From positions 1 to 48,542 of the forward strand of contig NW_024705394.1 in the NCBI RefSeq assembly GCF_018977255.1: a stretch of 48,542 nt of DNA. Reading direction: 5' to 3'. Both the position numbers and the translations under genes were made by a program. Below the pieces are notes generated by a model, which searched no databases, was not told the DNA's origin, and saw nothing but the letters and a program-made list of their open reading frames with translations. Below, piece after piece: positions 36,330 through 48,542 of this stretch (within the stretch, counting starts at the first letter, position 1; every line of letters begins with the position of its first letter). The DNA comes from Callorhinchus milii. Its lineage: Eukaryota.

Positions 36330-39300
36330 TCCACTGTACCTGGGTCCATCCAAGGGGTGGACGTACGTATTTTGGTGGATTCCGGTGCGTCCGCGACCAT
36401 TATTTCGGATGTGATATTCCATCTTTTGAACATCCCACCGGGGGCCGTGAGGCCGGCTTACGCTTCCTGCATCGCTGCGAACGGGGGTAGTATGGGCATC
36501 GTGGGACAGGTGGACGCTAACATTTCTATCGGGGGTGTCTCGGCCTCGGGCGTTGTGTTGATTTCGAGGTCCCTGGCGGTTCCTTGCCTGTTGGGTACGG
36601 ATTTTTTGGCTAAGATGCCCATTCTAATTAGAATCAATGAAAATTGCATTGAACTACCGGGGGCCGGAAATTGGCATTTTTACAGTCCGCCTGGGGGCGA
36701 CCGGCTCCTGTCGCCCAGGTGCAGGCGCTATCGGAAGTTTCGGTTGATATTCCACCTGGCTCGCAGATGCTCATTCCCTTACGATACCGGAAGCCGGTTC
36801 CGGGTCGGCAGGGTGCTTTTGGGATTTTGCTGTCGCCGTCCGCCGCTGTTACGGGCGGCTTAGCGCTGGTAGGGGCGCAAACTATTGTCCGTCCAGATCA
36901 GCGCCCGTTTTTGCAGGTGTTAAATGCGAGTACTGAAAGCGTGTGTGTGCCGGCTGGTACCGTTGTGGCACATGCCACTACGGCGTTTACGGCTCAGAGT
37001 GACCTGCCGGACGGGGGGCTGGTGGGTGGTGTTTCACACGATGGAGGGGTTGATGATCGTTGGATCGCCGAATTATGTGGGGAAAATTCGGCCCTTTCCG
37101 CCGAGCAGCGTTGTGCGATTCATAAATTATTATCGAGCTATTCCGATGTGTTTAGCTCGGACGATTTGGACTTGGGACGCACCTCGCTGCTCTCTCATCA
37201 TATCGACACGGGGGACGCTGCCCCTATCCGCTTGAACTCGCGTCGGATGAGTCCGGCTGAGCGTGAGCATGTTCGAGGGGCAGTGGAAGACATGTTGAAA
37301 GCGGATATTATATCTCCGTCTAATAGCCCGTGGGGCGCGCCTGTTGTGTTGGTTAAAAAGAAGGATGGTAAATTGCGATTTTGTGTGGATTTTCGGAAGT
37401 TGAATAAAGTGTCGGTGGCAGATGCGTATCCCCTGCCGCGTATGGACGATTCTCTCGACGCCTTGTCAGGGGCTAAGTTTTTTTCAACGCTAGATCTCTC
37501 TTCGGGCTTCTGGCAGCTCCCCTTGACGAGCCCTCGCGAGAAAAGACAGCTTTCCGTACGCCGCAGGGGTTATTCCAATTTAACTGTCTTCCGATGGGGT
37601 TGAATGCAGCCCCTGCCACTTTTCAGAGGTTGATGGAGTTGGTATTGACGGGGTTGCAGTGGGAGACATGTCTCATTTATTTAGATGATATTATTGTCTT
37701 CAGCCGCACATTTGATGAGCATTTACTGCGGTTGGAGGCTGTATTCGCCAGAATGCGTTCTGCTAATTTGAAATTCAAGCCTAAGAAATGTCATCTACTG
37801 CAACGCTCCGTTCGATACTTGGGACATATTGTTAGTGCGGACGGGGTGGCCACGGATCCAGAGAAAACTGCGTGTGTCCGGGATTGGGCAACCCCGGCCA
37901 CGGTGGGTGATGTGCGTCGGTTTTTGGGGTTCGCCTCATATTATCGGAGGTTTGTTCCGAATTTCGCTACTATCGCCAGGCCTTTGCATCTCCTTACTGG
38001 GAAGGGGCATAAATTTGTGTGGGGACCGCCGGAGGAGGCGGCGTTTCGGAGCCTGCGCGATTTACTGGCTACTGCACCGACGTTGGATTATCCGGATTTT
38101 GAACATCCCTTCATTCTGGATACTGATGCGAGTGACACTGGTATTGGGGCGGTGTTGTCCCAGTCAAAAGGTGGTGTTGAGCGTGTGGTGGCGTATGGGA
38201 GTCGGGTTTTGTCTCCCGCGGAAACCCGTTACTGCGTCACTCGCAGGGAACTTTTGGCCATTGTTTTTTTTCTCCGCCAATTTCGACCGTATCTGTACGG
38301 TCGGTCGTTTATTGTCCGCACGGACCATGCGGCCTTGCAGTATGCTCTTAAGATGGACCAGCCATCCGGACAATTGGCGAGGTGGCTGGACACGCTGCAA
38401 GAATTTTCCTTCCAAATTCACCATCGGAAGGGTGTGCGTCACGCTAACGCGGACGCACTTTCCAGGTTGCCGCAACAATCCCCTTGTGCGTGTGCGTCGG
38501 GGACGCATAGGTGTGGACCGATTCAGCTCCCCCCTCAGCCTGTCGCGCTGGCGGTGGATGTTCTCGAAACTCCGCTTACACCGGGACCGGTTGATGGGGG
38601 ACCGGCTGACGGGATTTTGCGTCTTCCGAGGTCTGTGTGGATTCGGGAGCAAATGTTGGACGATTCTTTGGTGTCGTTACGGAAAACGAACGGAGAAGGC
38701 GGGTAAGGAACTCGGTGCGGGTGGTATTTCGGAAACTGCTCTCCGAGATGGGTTACTGATGTGGAGGGAAGGGATACAGGAACACTGGCGTCTCGTTGTA
38801 CCTGCGTCATTGCGGTACGAGTTGATTAGATCTTTGCACTGTGACACACTTTTACATCTGGGGGTGCAGAAAACCCTATTGACGCTGCAACGAGACTATT
38901 ATTGGCACGGCATGACGACAGATGTCGTCGGTCACGTTCGCGCGTGTCCCGATTGTGCCCGCCGTAAGCCGCCTAAACATCCATATGTTCCGCCGATACA
39001 ATCGATTCAAGTATCTCGGGTTAATGAGCTGGTGGCGTTAGATATTTTGGGACCCTTTCCGCCATCCGCTAAGGGAAATAAGTATTTACTGGTGGGGGTG
39101 GAGTACCTCTCCCGCTGGCCGATGGCCTGGCCTTTGCCTGACCAGTCAGCGGCGTCTATCACTGACGCCTTTCTATTTGGGTATGTAATGGACAAGGGGG
39201 CGCCGGAGAGGCTCCTTACAGATCAGGGGCGTAACTTTTCGTCCAAATTGTTGGGGGAGGTGTGTGCGGCTCTTGGAACTAAAAAGATACGGACGTCCCC

Positions 39301-40155
39301 CTACCACCCACAAACGGATGGTATGGTGGAACGGTTGAATCGGACTCTGTCCGCCATGCTGTGCCATACAGTCGGGGAAAATCAATCTGATTGGGATTTG
39401 CATATCCCTGGGGTGCTTTCGGCGTATCGCATGACGCCGCACGCGGCTACTGGATACTCGCCGTTCTTTCTTATGTACGGCCGTGAAATGTGCCGCCGAT
39501 TAATGAGCAGTTGGGAACCGGTGCGAGGGGACCTGTTAAGCCTCTTCCTGAGTATATTCAGGACAACGTTCGCCGTGTCACTGAGGCGAGGGAAAGAGCC
39601 CGCATGGCTACGGCCAAAGCCCAGGCCAGGAATGAGCGGTGTGCCCGACGTTCGAAGGGGGAGTGCCCCTGGAAAAAGGGGGACCTGGCCTGGCTTCATT
39701 GCCCACAGGTGCGGCCAGGTACCTCTCCTAAATTACACAAACCGTGGCAAGGTCCGGTCCGCCTCATTGAGGTTCCCAACCCACAGTCGGCGCGTGTTCA
39801 GGTTGGTTCGCGGCGCTGGTTCGTGCATACATCCCGGTTGAAGCCATACATTGCCCCGCGGCCGGATGCGTCATCTCCCGAAGTTGCCTTGCCGGGGTCT
39901 GTTGCTGCCGACTCGCCCTTGCCTGTGTCTGCTGACCTTGCGAGAGCGCCTGTCGTACCCTTCACAGACAAGCCGGCCGTGACGCGCAGGGAGGAGGACG
40001 TTCCGCTCGTGGGATGCCGACCGGAGCCGCAGAACCCACGGGACCTGCAGCTCTTCCTATCCCTCCGCGGACGCGAGTACGGGATGTTTCTGGACGCGAC
40101 CGGGACAGTGGCGGGCCTCCAATGGCGACGGAAGAACTTGCGCCCGTCGCCCTAA
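36330..40155 (+). pseudogene. pol: pol: protease, reverse transcriptase, RNase H and integrase, split by about 4 frameshifts
   Basis: LVDSGAS (PR); LRFCVDFRKLN and YLDD (RT); TDASD and RELLA (RNase H); H-H-CPDC, LDILGP, TDQG and VERLN (IN). These lie across ORFs 35754, 36671, 37594, 37829 and 39490. Confidence 0.95.
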
Positions 40156-41004
40156 AACCCTTCCACGTTCCCGCTCGGCGGGTGGGCTGCCGACCGTCCG
40201 GGACGGCCCGGCTACCCGTACTCGCTCGAAATCCCTCACGTTTCGTTAATTGTGTTGTGTTGTGTTCTTGTTATATTGTTCTTGCATGCTTCGTGTCTTT
40301 TTACGTGTTGGCCCTTTACACCCGCATTGCTTTTCAGGTTGCAATTCAGCCGAGGTCGGCTGGATTTTCTTTATGGGGGAGGGTGATGTAATGCGGGTGT
40401 AAACGGCCCTCCGGAGGTGACGTCAGGAGGGGAGGAGTTAGGTCACGTGGGGGGGAGGGGTTGAGCTATAGAAGGAGGGGAACCGGAAGAGGATGGGGAG
40501 TGACGGGGAACCAGGAACAGAGGAGGCCACGAAGGGCGAAGCGGAGTGTGGCGAGATCGCCACGAACACGGGGGAGCGAGGATCGGCACCGTTGGCCAGC
40601 GGTGACCGACCCGAAGCAGCGAGGAGGCTGCAGTCAGCAGCGGGGCTGCACAGAGAGTCAGCAGCGGGGCTGCATACAGAGTGGGCAGCGGGTCTGCATA
40701 CAGTGCAGCCAGAGGGTCTGCACATAGGGGTAGCAGCGGGAGTCTGCATAGGGGTAGCAGCGAGTCTGCAGGGAGGAGGTTACAGTAGATGAAGCAGAGA
40801 GTCAGAGGGAGAGGAAGCTATAATAGCAGTGAATAGCCGGGGGCTACAAATACAGAGTTATAACAGAGTGCCGTGTGGGTGAAGACGAGAACCCAATAAA
40901 GACACGAAGACAGAAAGAAGTGTCCGAGTCCTTTTATTACACATGCATTGAACGTATCGTATCGTGGTAACATTAAAATGTAATCGCTAAAGCTACGTAT
41001 CATA

Positions 41005-41606
41005 GTCTAGTGTATAGTAGTGTATAGTGTAGTGTATAGTGTAGTGTAATAGTGTAGTGTATAGTGTAGTGTATAGTGTAGTGTATAGTGTAGTGTAATA
41101 GTGTAGTGTATAGTGTAGTGTATAGTGTAGTGTATAGTAGTATAGTGCATAGTGTAGTGTATAGCATAGTGTATAGTATAGTGTATAGTGTAGTGTATAG
41201 TAGTAAATAGTGTAGTGTATAGTGTAGTGTATAGTGTAGTGTATAGTGTAGTGAATAGTGTAGTGTATAGTATAGTGTATAGTGTAGTGTATAGTAGTAT
41301 AGTGCATAGTGTAGTGTATAGTGTAGTGTATAGTATAGTGTATAGTGTAATGTATAGTAGTATATAGTGTAGTGTATAGTAGTGTATAGTGTAGTGTATA
41401 GTGTAGTGTATAGTAGTGTATAGTATGTAGTGTATAGTAGTATAGTAGTGTAGTGTATAGTGTAGTGTAAAGTGTAGTGTATAGTAGTGTAGTGTATAGT
41501 AGTATATAGTGTAGTGTAGTAGTGTAGTGTGTAGTGTATAGTAGTGTATTGTATAGTGTAGTGTGTAGTATAGTAGTGTATAGTGTAGTGTATAGTGTAG
41601 TGTATA
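41005..41606. repeat. (TAGTG/TATAGTG)n simple repeat
   Basis: Read directly from the sequence. Confidence 0.95.
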
Positions 41607-41610
41607 CATG

Positions 41611-42338
41611 TGTAAGGTGATACGCGCTGGGATTAGAGATCGTATGCCAGCGCGTAATGATTGGCTGTGTAGGTGGTGACGCGCGCTGACGGTGGAGGAT
41701 CAGGGGTCAGCGCGGGGTCGTGGGTTACGGGGTACTGATTGGCTGTGGGCCGGTGACTTGCTGAGAGGGAGTGATCGGGTGCAGCGCGGTGTGATTGGTG
41801 GAGGAGTGTTTACACGCGCTGGGGAAAACGGATCGTAGAGAGAGTGCGTCGTGATTGGTTCATTAAGGAGCGAGGCTCACGTTGACGTACGCATCAGCTC
41901 CGTGTCTCGTGAGCAGGGGCTATAAAAGGGGATGCACACAGGCCTGAGGGCAGTGTGTAACCAGCGAAGAATGAAGACGGGGATGAAGACCTAGGGCCCT
42001 GCGGTACCTAGTCCCGCTGTCCTAACGGGACCGGGACTCTGTGAACCCAGAGGCGAGTGTAGTGTGTGTAGCCATAGGCATAAGGTCTACACGAGCGAAT
42101 GCCGTGTGTGTAGCCAGGGACATAGGGTTTACACGAATCGAGTGTATTGTGTAGCCAGAGGCATAGGGTCTACACGAGTGAAGGGTATCGTGTGTAGCCA
42201 GAGGCCTAGAGTTTACACGAGAGTAGTGGAGTGTGAAGTCGGAAGAAAGGAGACTACACGTTGTATTGTTGACACGTAAAGATTTAATAAAAAGTGTGTT
42301 CCCGTCAAGAAGTTCCTGCCGTCAATTCCCATACTTCA
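41611..42338 (+). mobile_element. Solo LTR with CATG target-site duplication
   Basis: CATG|TGTAAG...CTTCA|CATG. Four ATTGG boxes, TATAAAA at 41921, AATAAA at 42286. Confidence 0.85.
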
Positions 42339-42536
42339 CATGCATTGAACGTATCATAACGTATCATATTGTACTGTACTCACCAAGATCCTGTTGTCGT
42401 CTGCACACGTGAACGATGTTAAGGTTGTTGATGGCAATTTTGTGGTGTCGCTGTCACCATCGTAACATCGAAATATCATAAGTCTGCCCATCGCAACTTG
42501 GGTTCTTTCGGTAATGTCACGTGGGTAGAGAAATAA

Positions 42537-42979
42537 CACTGGTCAACACATTTTCTGGCATGAGGTATTCCAACGGTTTTAATGTAATTTTGGGGTGCTG
42601 ATTCCACATCTGGCATCAGTTTTTGCCTATCACCTCAGGTTTTTTGAGATATCAAATATTGCATTTTAATAAAAACTGTAGAAGAAAAATATTAAATGAA
42701 TGTGGATATCTACATAAAATGATATTATAAACACACCATCCTAAAAATACAGCACCGTATTTTAACACTAAAGCAGTCACTCACTCGCAACGACTTGCAA
42801 TCGTAAGTGACAGAGTTAATTTCAGGTAAAATCAATGAAAATGGGGTATGCCGAGAGCATAAAAATGAGATGTGATGGAGCAAATCTGAGATCAGATTTG
42901 GAATCAGCACCCTGAAATTAGTCTAGAACAGCTGCAAAAGTCCAGGCCAGAAAAAATGTTTTTTTTTTGTTGACCAGTG
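42537..42979. mobile_element. Chapaev3 (CMC)-like non-autonomous DNA transposon
   Basis: TIRs CACTGGTCAACA...TGTTGACCAGTG, flanked by TAA/TGA, nested inside a Penelope remnant. A second right end lies at 260-377, followed by TTA. The family name comes from recalled CAC termini and 3-bp TSD. Confidence 0.7.
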
Positions 42980-42987
42980 TGATAGAT

Positions 42988-43029
42988 CACGACGTTTCGA
43001 TCGCAAACACAAGCAATCGTCATCAGGTG
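42988..43029 (-). ncRNA. Minimal hammerhead ribozyme, CUGAUGA core
   Basis: Reverse complement reads CAC-CTGATGA-C-GATTGC ttgtgttt GCGATC-GAAAC-GTC-GTG. Confidence 0.8.
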
Positions 43030-43129
43030 GGACAAGCACGGCGAGACAAACACGCCGACTTCAGCAGTTCTTGCTGCTCCCCAAGCGTGAGGGCAGGAGC
43101 TGGATTGGCTCTCGACCATTACCCTGTTC

Positions 43130-43334
43130 AGATTTAAAGCTTTCGTGACTGCAGGGATTCATATTCTTGGTTCTTTCGGTAAAGTCACGTAGAATGGGAA
43201 TAATAAAATAATAAAAATAATAAAAATAAAACATAATAAAATAATGGCCGAAACGTCGTGAGAATTTTTTTATTGTTTTATTTTTATTATTTATTATTTC
43301 CATTCTACGTGACTTTACCGAAAGAACCAAGAAT
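43130..43334. mobile_element. Palindromic Penelope-terminus insertion
   Basis: Inverted arms; TSD ATTACCCTGTTC at 43118 and 43335. Confidence 0.85.
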
Positions 43335-45099
43335 ATTACCCTGTTCGTGACCTTGACCCTGCTACTGACTTTGACCCCGTGCCTGACCCTTGACCCTGCC
43401 CCCGAGGGCAATGCCTGCATAGGTGCTGCTACTCGCTACTAACACCACTTGCCCCTACAACCTGGTACAGTCTACATGGGGGGGGGGGGGGTGGGGATAG
43501 TTGTGTTCGCATTGACATTTTCAGTTGAAGTTTCTAGTTGAAATAAATAATTCAAGTGAACACAGACATTGGGGATTTGTTTGTGTGTGTGTGAACGTGT
43601 TAAACTGTGTGTGTGCACGTGTTCAATAAACTGTGTGTGTGCACGTGTTCAATAAACTGTGTGTGTGTGCGCGTGTTAAACTGTACGTGTGTGTACGTGA
43701 CGATTATCTGAACCGGTCCTGGGACTCCCCTAGGTCGACTCAGCCTCAAATGCGTACCTGGCGTAGCGTGTAGTGTAGTGAACATCGCTAGCTCTGGCCA
43801 CCCACCCCCTCGTGTGCCACAGTGCCAGGTTGCTACTGCTACTCGCTATCAACGCCACTTGACCCCAGCAGTCTGTTAAGGCTATAGGGGGGTCTTTGTG
43901 TTTGGAGCGAGCGTGAGAAATGAGTATGGTGTGAGCCAGGGAGTGTTGAATCCTGTATCTCTCTCTCTCTCATCAGGACTCTGCCTGGACTCCCAGAACC
44001 TCAGAACAACGTTGAGGAAGACTCAGCGTGAGTGATTTTCTCGCTCTCACTCTTCACACTCACTCGCTACCTCACTGACTCAGTCACTACCCTCACGCAT
44101 TCACTACACTCACTCGCTACCTGCACTCATTCACTCACCACCCTCACTATCCTCACTCGCTACGCACCCAGTGTGTGTGACTAGTGCTGTACTAGTAACG
44201 AATTGGCAAGTTCTGTTTACGTGACCAACCCTGTTACTAATTGGCTGTGTCGCGTGGTGAAGGGTTTACAAAAACCTGTAATATGGATCATATTGGTCGC
44301 GAAAACCTACGTTTTCAACGTAGGTTTTCACAACAAATATCCATCATTGAGTTTTTTTGGGTTGGATCACGTACATACGAACGTGTGGCGATAGTGCCGA
44401 TCGTTGTGTTGGTGGTACAGGTGTTGGTGGTACAGGTGTTGGTGGTACAGGTGTTGGTGGTACAGGTGTGCGCGTTGCATCGCCGGCACGACAAGCCAGG
44501 AACTCCCATGGAGAGAGGGGGAGAGGAGCGGAGGGAAGAAGAGGCCAAGGCAGAGAGCCAACTTGGAACAGGCTTGACGATGAGCGGAGAGGCTACGGTG
44601 CAGACCGAGCCGCCAGAGGGGAGCAGCTGCAGGGAGAGCAGCTCTGAGCGTGAGAGACGAGGAGAGACGGGACAACCTGGCAAGAGCCGGGCAGGAGAGG
44701 GGGGCACAGGGGGGCAGAGGGGGGCATGAGAGGCAACCTCCAGACGAGAGGGCCAGGTGGGAGCAAGAGGGAGCCAGGAGGGTCGTCATGCCGGTGATGC
44801 TGAGACCGATGGACGTGGCGAGGGACGCGGCGGAAAGAGGGGGGGGGAGGCAGGCCGGGGGGGGGCGTTTGGAGAGGCGGAGGCGAGAGCGATGGCAGAC
44901 AGGAGAGAGAGACAAATGTGGCAGGGGTTTTGCGAGGAGGCCGTGGAGGAGGGGAGAGGAGCGCCGAGAGACGAGTTCGCGAGACAGACGTCCGTAGCGC
45001 GAACGATGTCGGGGCTGAAGGCCATCGAGCATAAGTGGCCTGGCAGGAGAGCCAGAGGCAGGAGAGGGGGAGGCTGGTAGAGGAGACTTTAGTGAGGGC

Positions 45100-46907
45100 A
45101 GATTCACACACAGAGACCCATAGATTCATAGAGACCCATAGATTCACACAGAGACCCATAGATTCACACACAGAGACCCATAGATTCATAGAGACCCATA
45201 GATTCACACAGAGACCCATAGATTCATAGAGACCCATAGATTCACACGGAGACCCATAGATTCATAGAGACCCATAGATTCACACAGAGACCCATAGATT
45301 TATAGAGACCCATAGATTCACACAGAGACCCATAGATTCATAGAGACCCATAGATTCACACAGAGACCCATAGATTCATAGAGACCCATAGATTCACACA
45401 GAGACCCATAGATTCATAGAGACCCATAGATTCACACAGAGACCCATAGATTCATAGAGACCCATAGATTCACACAGAGACCCATAGATTCATAGAGACC
45501 CATAGATTCACACAGAGAACCGTAGATGCACACAGAGACCCATAGATTCACACACAGAGACCCGTAGACGCACACAGAGACCCATAGATTAACACACAGA
45601 GACCCATAGATTCACACACAGAGACCCGTAGATTCACACAGAGACCCATAGATTAACACACAGAGACCCATAGATTCACACACAGAGACCTGTAGACGCA
45701 CACAGAGACCCATAGATTCACACAAAGAGACCCATAGATTAACACAGAGACCCATAGATTCACACACAGAGACCCATAGATTCACACAGAGACCCGTAGA
45801 TTCACACACAAGAGACCCGTAGACACACACAGAGACCCATAGATTCACACACAGAGACCCATAGATTCACACACAGAGACCCGTAGACGCACACAGAGAC
45901 CCGTAGATTCACACAGAGACCCATAGATTCACACACAGAGACCCATAGAATCACACAGAGACCCATAGATTCACACACAGGGACCCATAGATTCACACAG
46001 AGACCCGTAGACGCACACAGAGACCCGTAGACACACACAGAGACCCATAGATTCATAGAGACCCTAGATTCACACAGAGACCCATAGATTCATAGAGACC
46101 CATAGATTCACACAGAGACCCATAGATTCATAGAGACCCATAGATTCACACAGAGAACCGTAGATGCACACAGAGACCCATAGATTCACACACAGAGACC
46201 CGTAGACGCACACAGAGACCCATAGATTAACACACAGAGACCCATAGATTCACACACAGAGTCCCGTAGATTCACACAGAGACCCATAGATTAACACACA
46301 GAGACCTATAGATTCACACACAGAGACCTGTAGACGCACACAGAGACCCATAGATTCACACAAAGAGACCCATAGATTAACACAGAGACCCATAGATTCA
46401 CACACAGAGACCCATAGATTCACACAGAGACCCGTAGATTCACACACAAGAACCCGTAGACACACACAGAGACCCATAGATTCACACACAGAGACCCATA
46501 GATTCACACACAGAGACCCGTAGACGCACACAGAGACCCGTAGATTCACACAGAGACCCATAGATTCACACACAGAGACCCGTAGACGCACACAGAGACC
46601 CGTAGATTCACACAGAGACCCATAGATTCACACACAGAGACCCATAGAATCACACAGAGACCCGTAGACGCACACAGAGACCCGTAGACGCACACAGAGA
46701 CCCATAGATTCACACACAGAGACCCATAGATTCACACAGAGACCCGTAGACGCACACAGAGACCCATAGATTCACACACAGAGACCCATAGATTCACACA
46801 GAGACCCGTAGACGCACACAGAGACCCATAGATTCACACACAGAGACCCATAGATTCACACAGAGACCCGTAGACACCCATAGAAACCCATAGATTCACA
46901 CACAGAG
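45100..46907. repeat. 18-22 bp minisatellite (GAGACCCATAGATTCACACA)n
   Basis: Read directly from the sequence; about 1.8 kb. Confidence 0.97.
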
Positions 46908-48542
46908 ACACGCTCACCCACCCACTCATGGAGCAGCAGCAGCAGCAGCAGGATGGGAGCCTCCACTTCCAGCACCGCTTAGAGGTCACAGGTCATAGAG
47001 GTCACAGCTGACTGCCTCGCTGGGCAATCCCACACACTTCGCCAGCCCTCCACCACCCAGCCTGCCCCTCTCTTTACCCCTCCCCCCCGGAGCGGTGCTG
47101 GGCCTCCCCTACGTCCACTCTGCCCCAAATGAGTGTGCCTGCTGCTGGGGTCTGTGGTGAACATCACCGCCGGGAGACAAAGGCGGTCGGTCAGGGGTGG
47201 TGCCACAGTGCCGGCCTCTATAGGTGCGTGAGTCGCAGCACTCACCCCGACTGTCTGTTCAGGCTGCACGGGGCATGGGGAATCGTTGCCTTTGCGTTGA
47301 CATTTTCAGTGAAGATTCTCGGTAAAAAAAAAAACGAATTTGATAAACAAACATTTGGAATTTTTGTGCGCACAATGTTTTTTCACCTGCAACTCAATCC
47401 GTCGTGAGAATTGGAAAATGCAAAGGGGGAGGGGGGGGGTGCAGTAACAAGCAGCCACGTGACAATTCAGCGGTGGACGATTTTGTCGGAGAGCCCCTGA
47501 ACTGAACCTTGTGGCAGAACCCCGGGGTTCCGAATAAAGAGTCTAAAAGCGTGACGTTGATTTGGAGAGAAAACCCAGAGGACCCCTAGAAAAATCCACT
47601 TGAGCACGGAGAGAGAGAGAGACGCAAACTCCAAATATACAGCAGCAGGCGTCAGGGTGAAGATCGATCCCACAAACTCCTGTATACCAGGCGAGGTAGT
47701 CAGCATCTCCTAGCCACTATGATGAGAGACACGCAAACTCAAAATATACAGCAGCAGCAGGCATCATCAGAGTCGGGATCAAACCCACGACCTCCTGTAT
47801 ACCAGGCGAGGTAGTCAACATCTCCTAGCCATTGTTTCACGGCGTGCACCCTGTGTCATTTACACTTTGAATTTCGCAGCATTTCCATTCCTTCATTCTC
47901 GCAGAAATAATCTCAACGTTTGTGTCACGTGACGGTTGATTTGGAGCGTTCACCGCCCTTTGGTTATAGTTGGTTTCACACAATTGAAATGTCTACTAAT
48001 TTCTTTATGAATAAAACGCCGCGTCTGTTCGCCTCTTCAGGATGTACAACTTTGTTTTCCTGTTGCTCCAACTGAAAGTGCCACATCAGCAAAGATAAGC
48101 CAGCAACGGTTGAAGGTTATTTTTTGTTCACCATTGGCCACCAGATTGTTTGAGAGTCTTCATCCATTCTGAAACGTGTCCCAGAGGAACGGCCACTCCC
48201 GAGATGGAGCCATGGACTCAGGCATTTGAAAGCGGAAATCTCGCTCTGAATCAGTTGGGTGGCATTTTATTCGCCTTTGTAACGCTGCCGCGTGGAACCT
48301 GCCTGGTCTATCAATCCTTGTGGAAGCTTCGGGTCTTCTCGGCCACGGTCATGCCCCCTCCCTTCTCTCTGCTTGTGTAATGAGCGACTTCCACGACACG
48401 TCGTATAGAGGGTACTTCTTTATTTCTCACACTGAGCACAACACAGGCCAGCACTGGTTCTTCCTCTTCACTGAATACAACTCGAGGCAATAACACCTCC
48501 ACTGGCTACACACACAGCCGATCACTCGGCGAGGTCCCCTCG

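Larger units (their letters stand above)
34252..40941 (+). mobile_element. Ty3/Gypsy LTR retrotransposon, full length, frameshifted
   Basis: LTRs at 34252-34814 and 40387-40941 (TGTAAT...ATTACA). PBS TGGAGTCAGAAGTG at 34816 (tRNA-Leu-like); PPT at 40375-40386. Internal order is gag, CCHC knuckle, PR, RT, RH, IN. Confidence 0.97.

Noticed and set aside
35860..39500. Programmed frameshifting in the Gypsy element
   Set aside because: About five shifts, some inside conserved domains such as RT; decay or sequencing indels are more likely.
44241..45107. Overlapping long ORFs in a GA-rich stretch; also ORF 48311-48502
   Set aside because: No recognisable domain or consistent splice model; may be exons of an unidentified gene but unsupported.

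Overview
Repeat-rich, GC/CpG-rich eukaryotic DNA, probably from a jawless vertebrate such as lamprey. The taxon is an inference from the repeat families. Main contents: (1) A + strand p53-family gene (TP63/TP73 alpha-type). Its oligomerisation, SAM and TID exons splice into an intact 411-aa ORF (15452-21177). Its DNA-binding-domain exons are visibly decayed, and one is split by a hammerhead-bearing Penelope insertion. (2) A convergent - strand C2H2 zinc-finger gene (25895-27217). (3) A full-length but frameshifted Ty3/Gypsy LTR retrotransposon (34252-40941) and three solo LTRs. (4) About a dozen Penelope-like element remnants carrying minimal type I hammerhead ribozyme motifs, often as inverted pairs with 12-13 bp target duplications. 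(5) A Chapaev3-like MITE, tRNA-derived SINEs, foldback repeats and large minisatellites. (6) An approximately 8.2 kb block (about 4352-12570) after an N gap that looks statistically random and unlike the rest of the window. All calls were made by eye; no searches were run.
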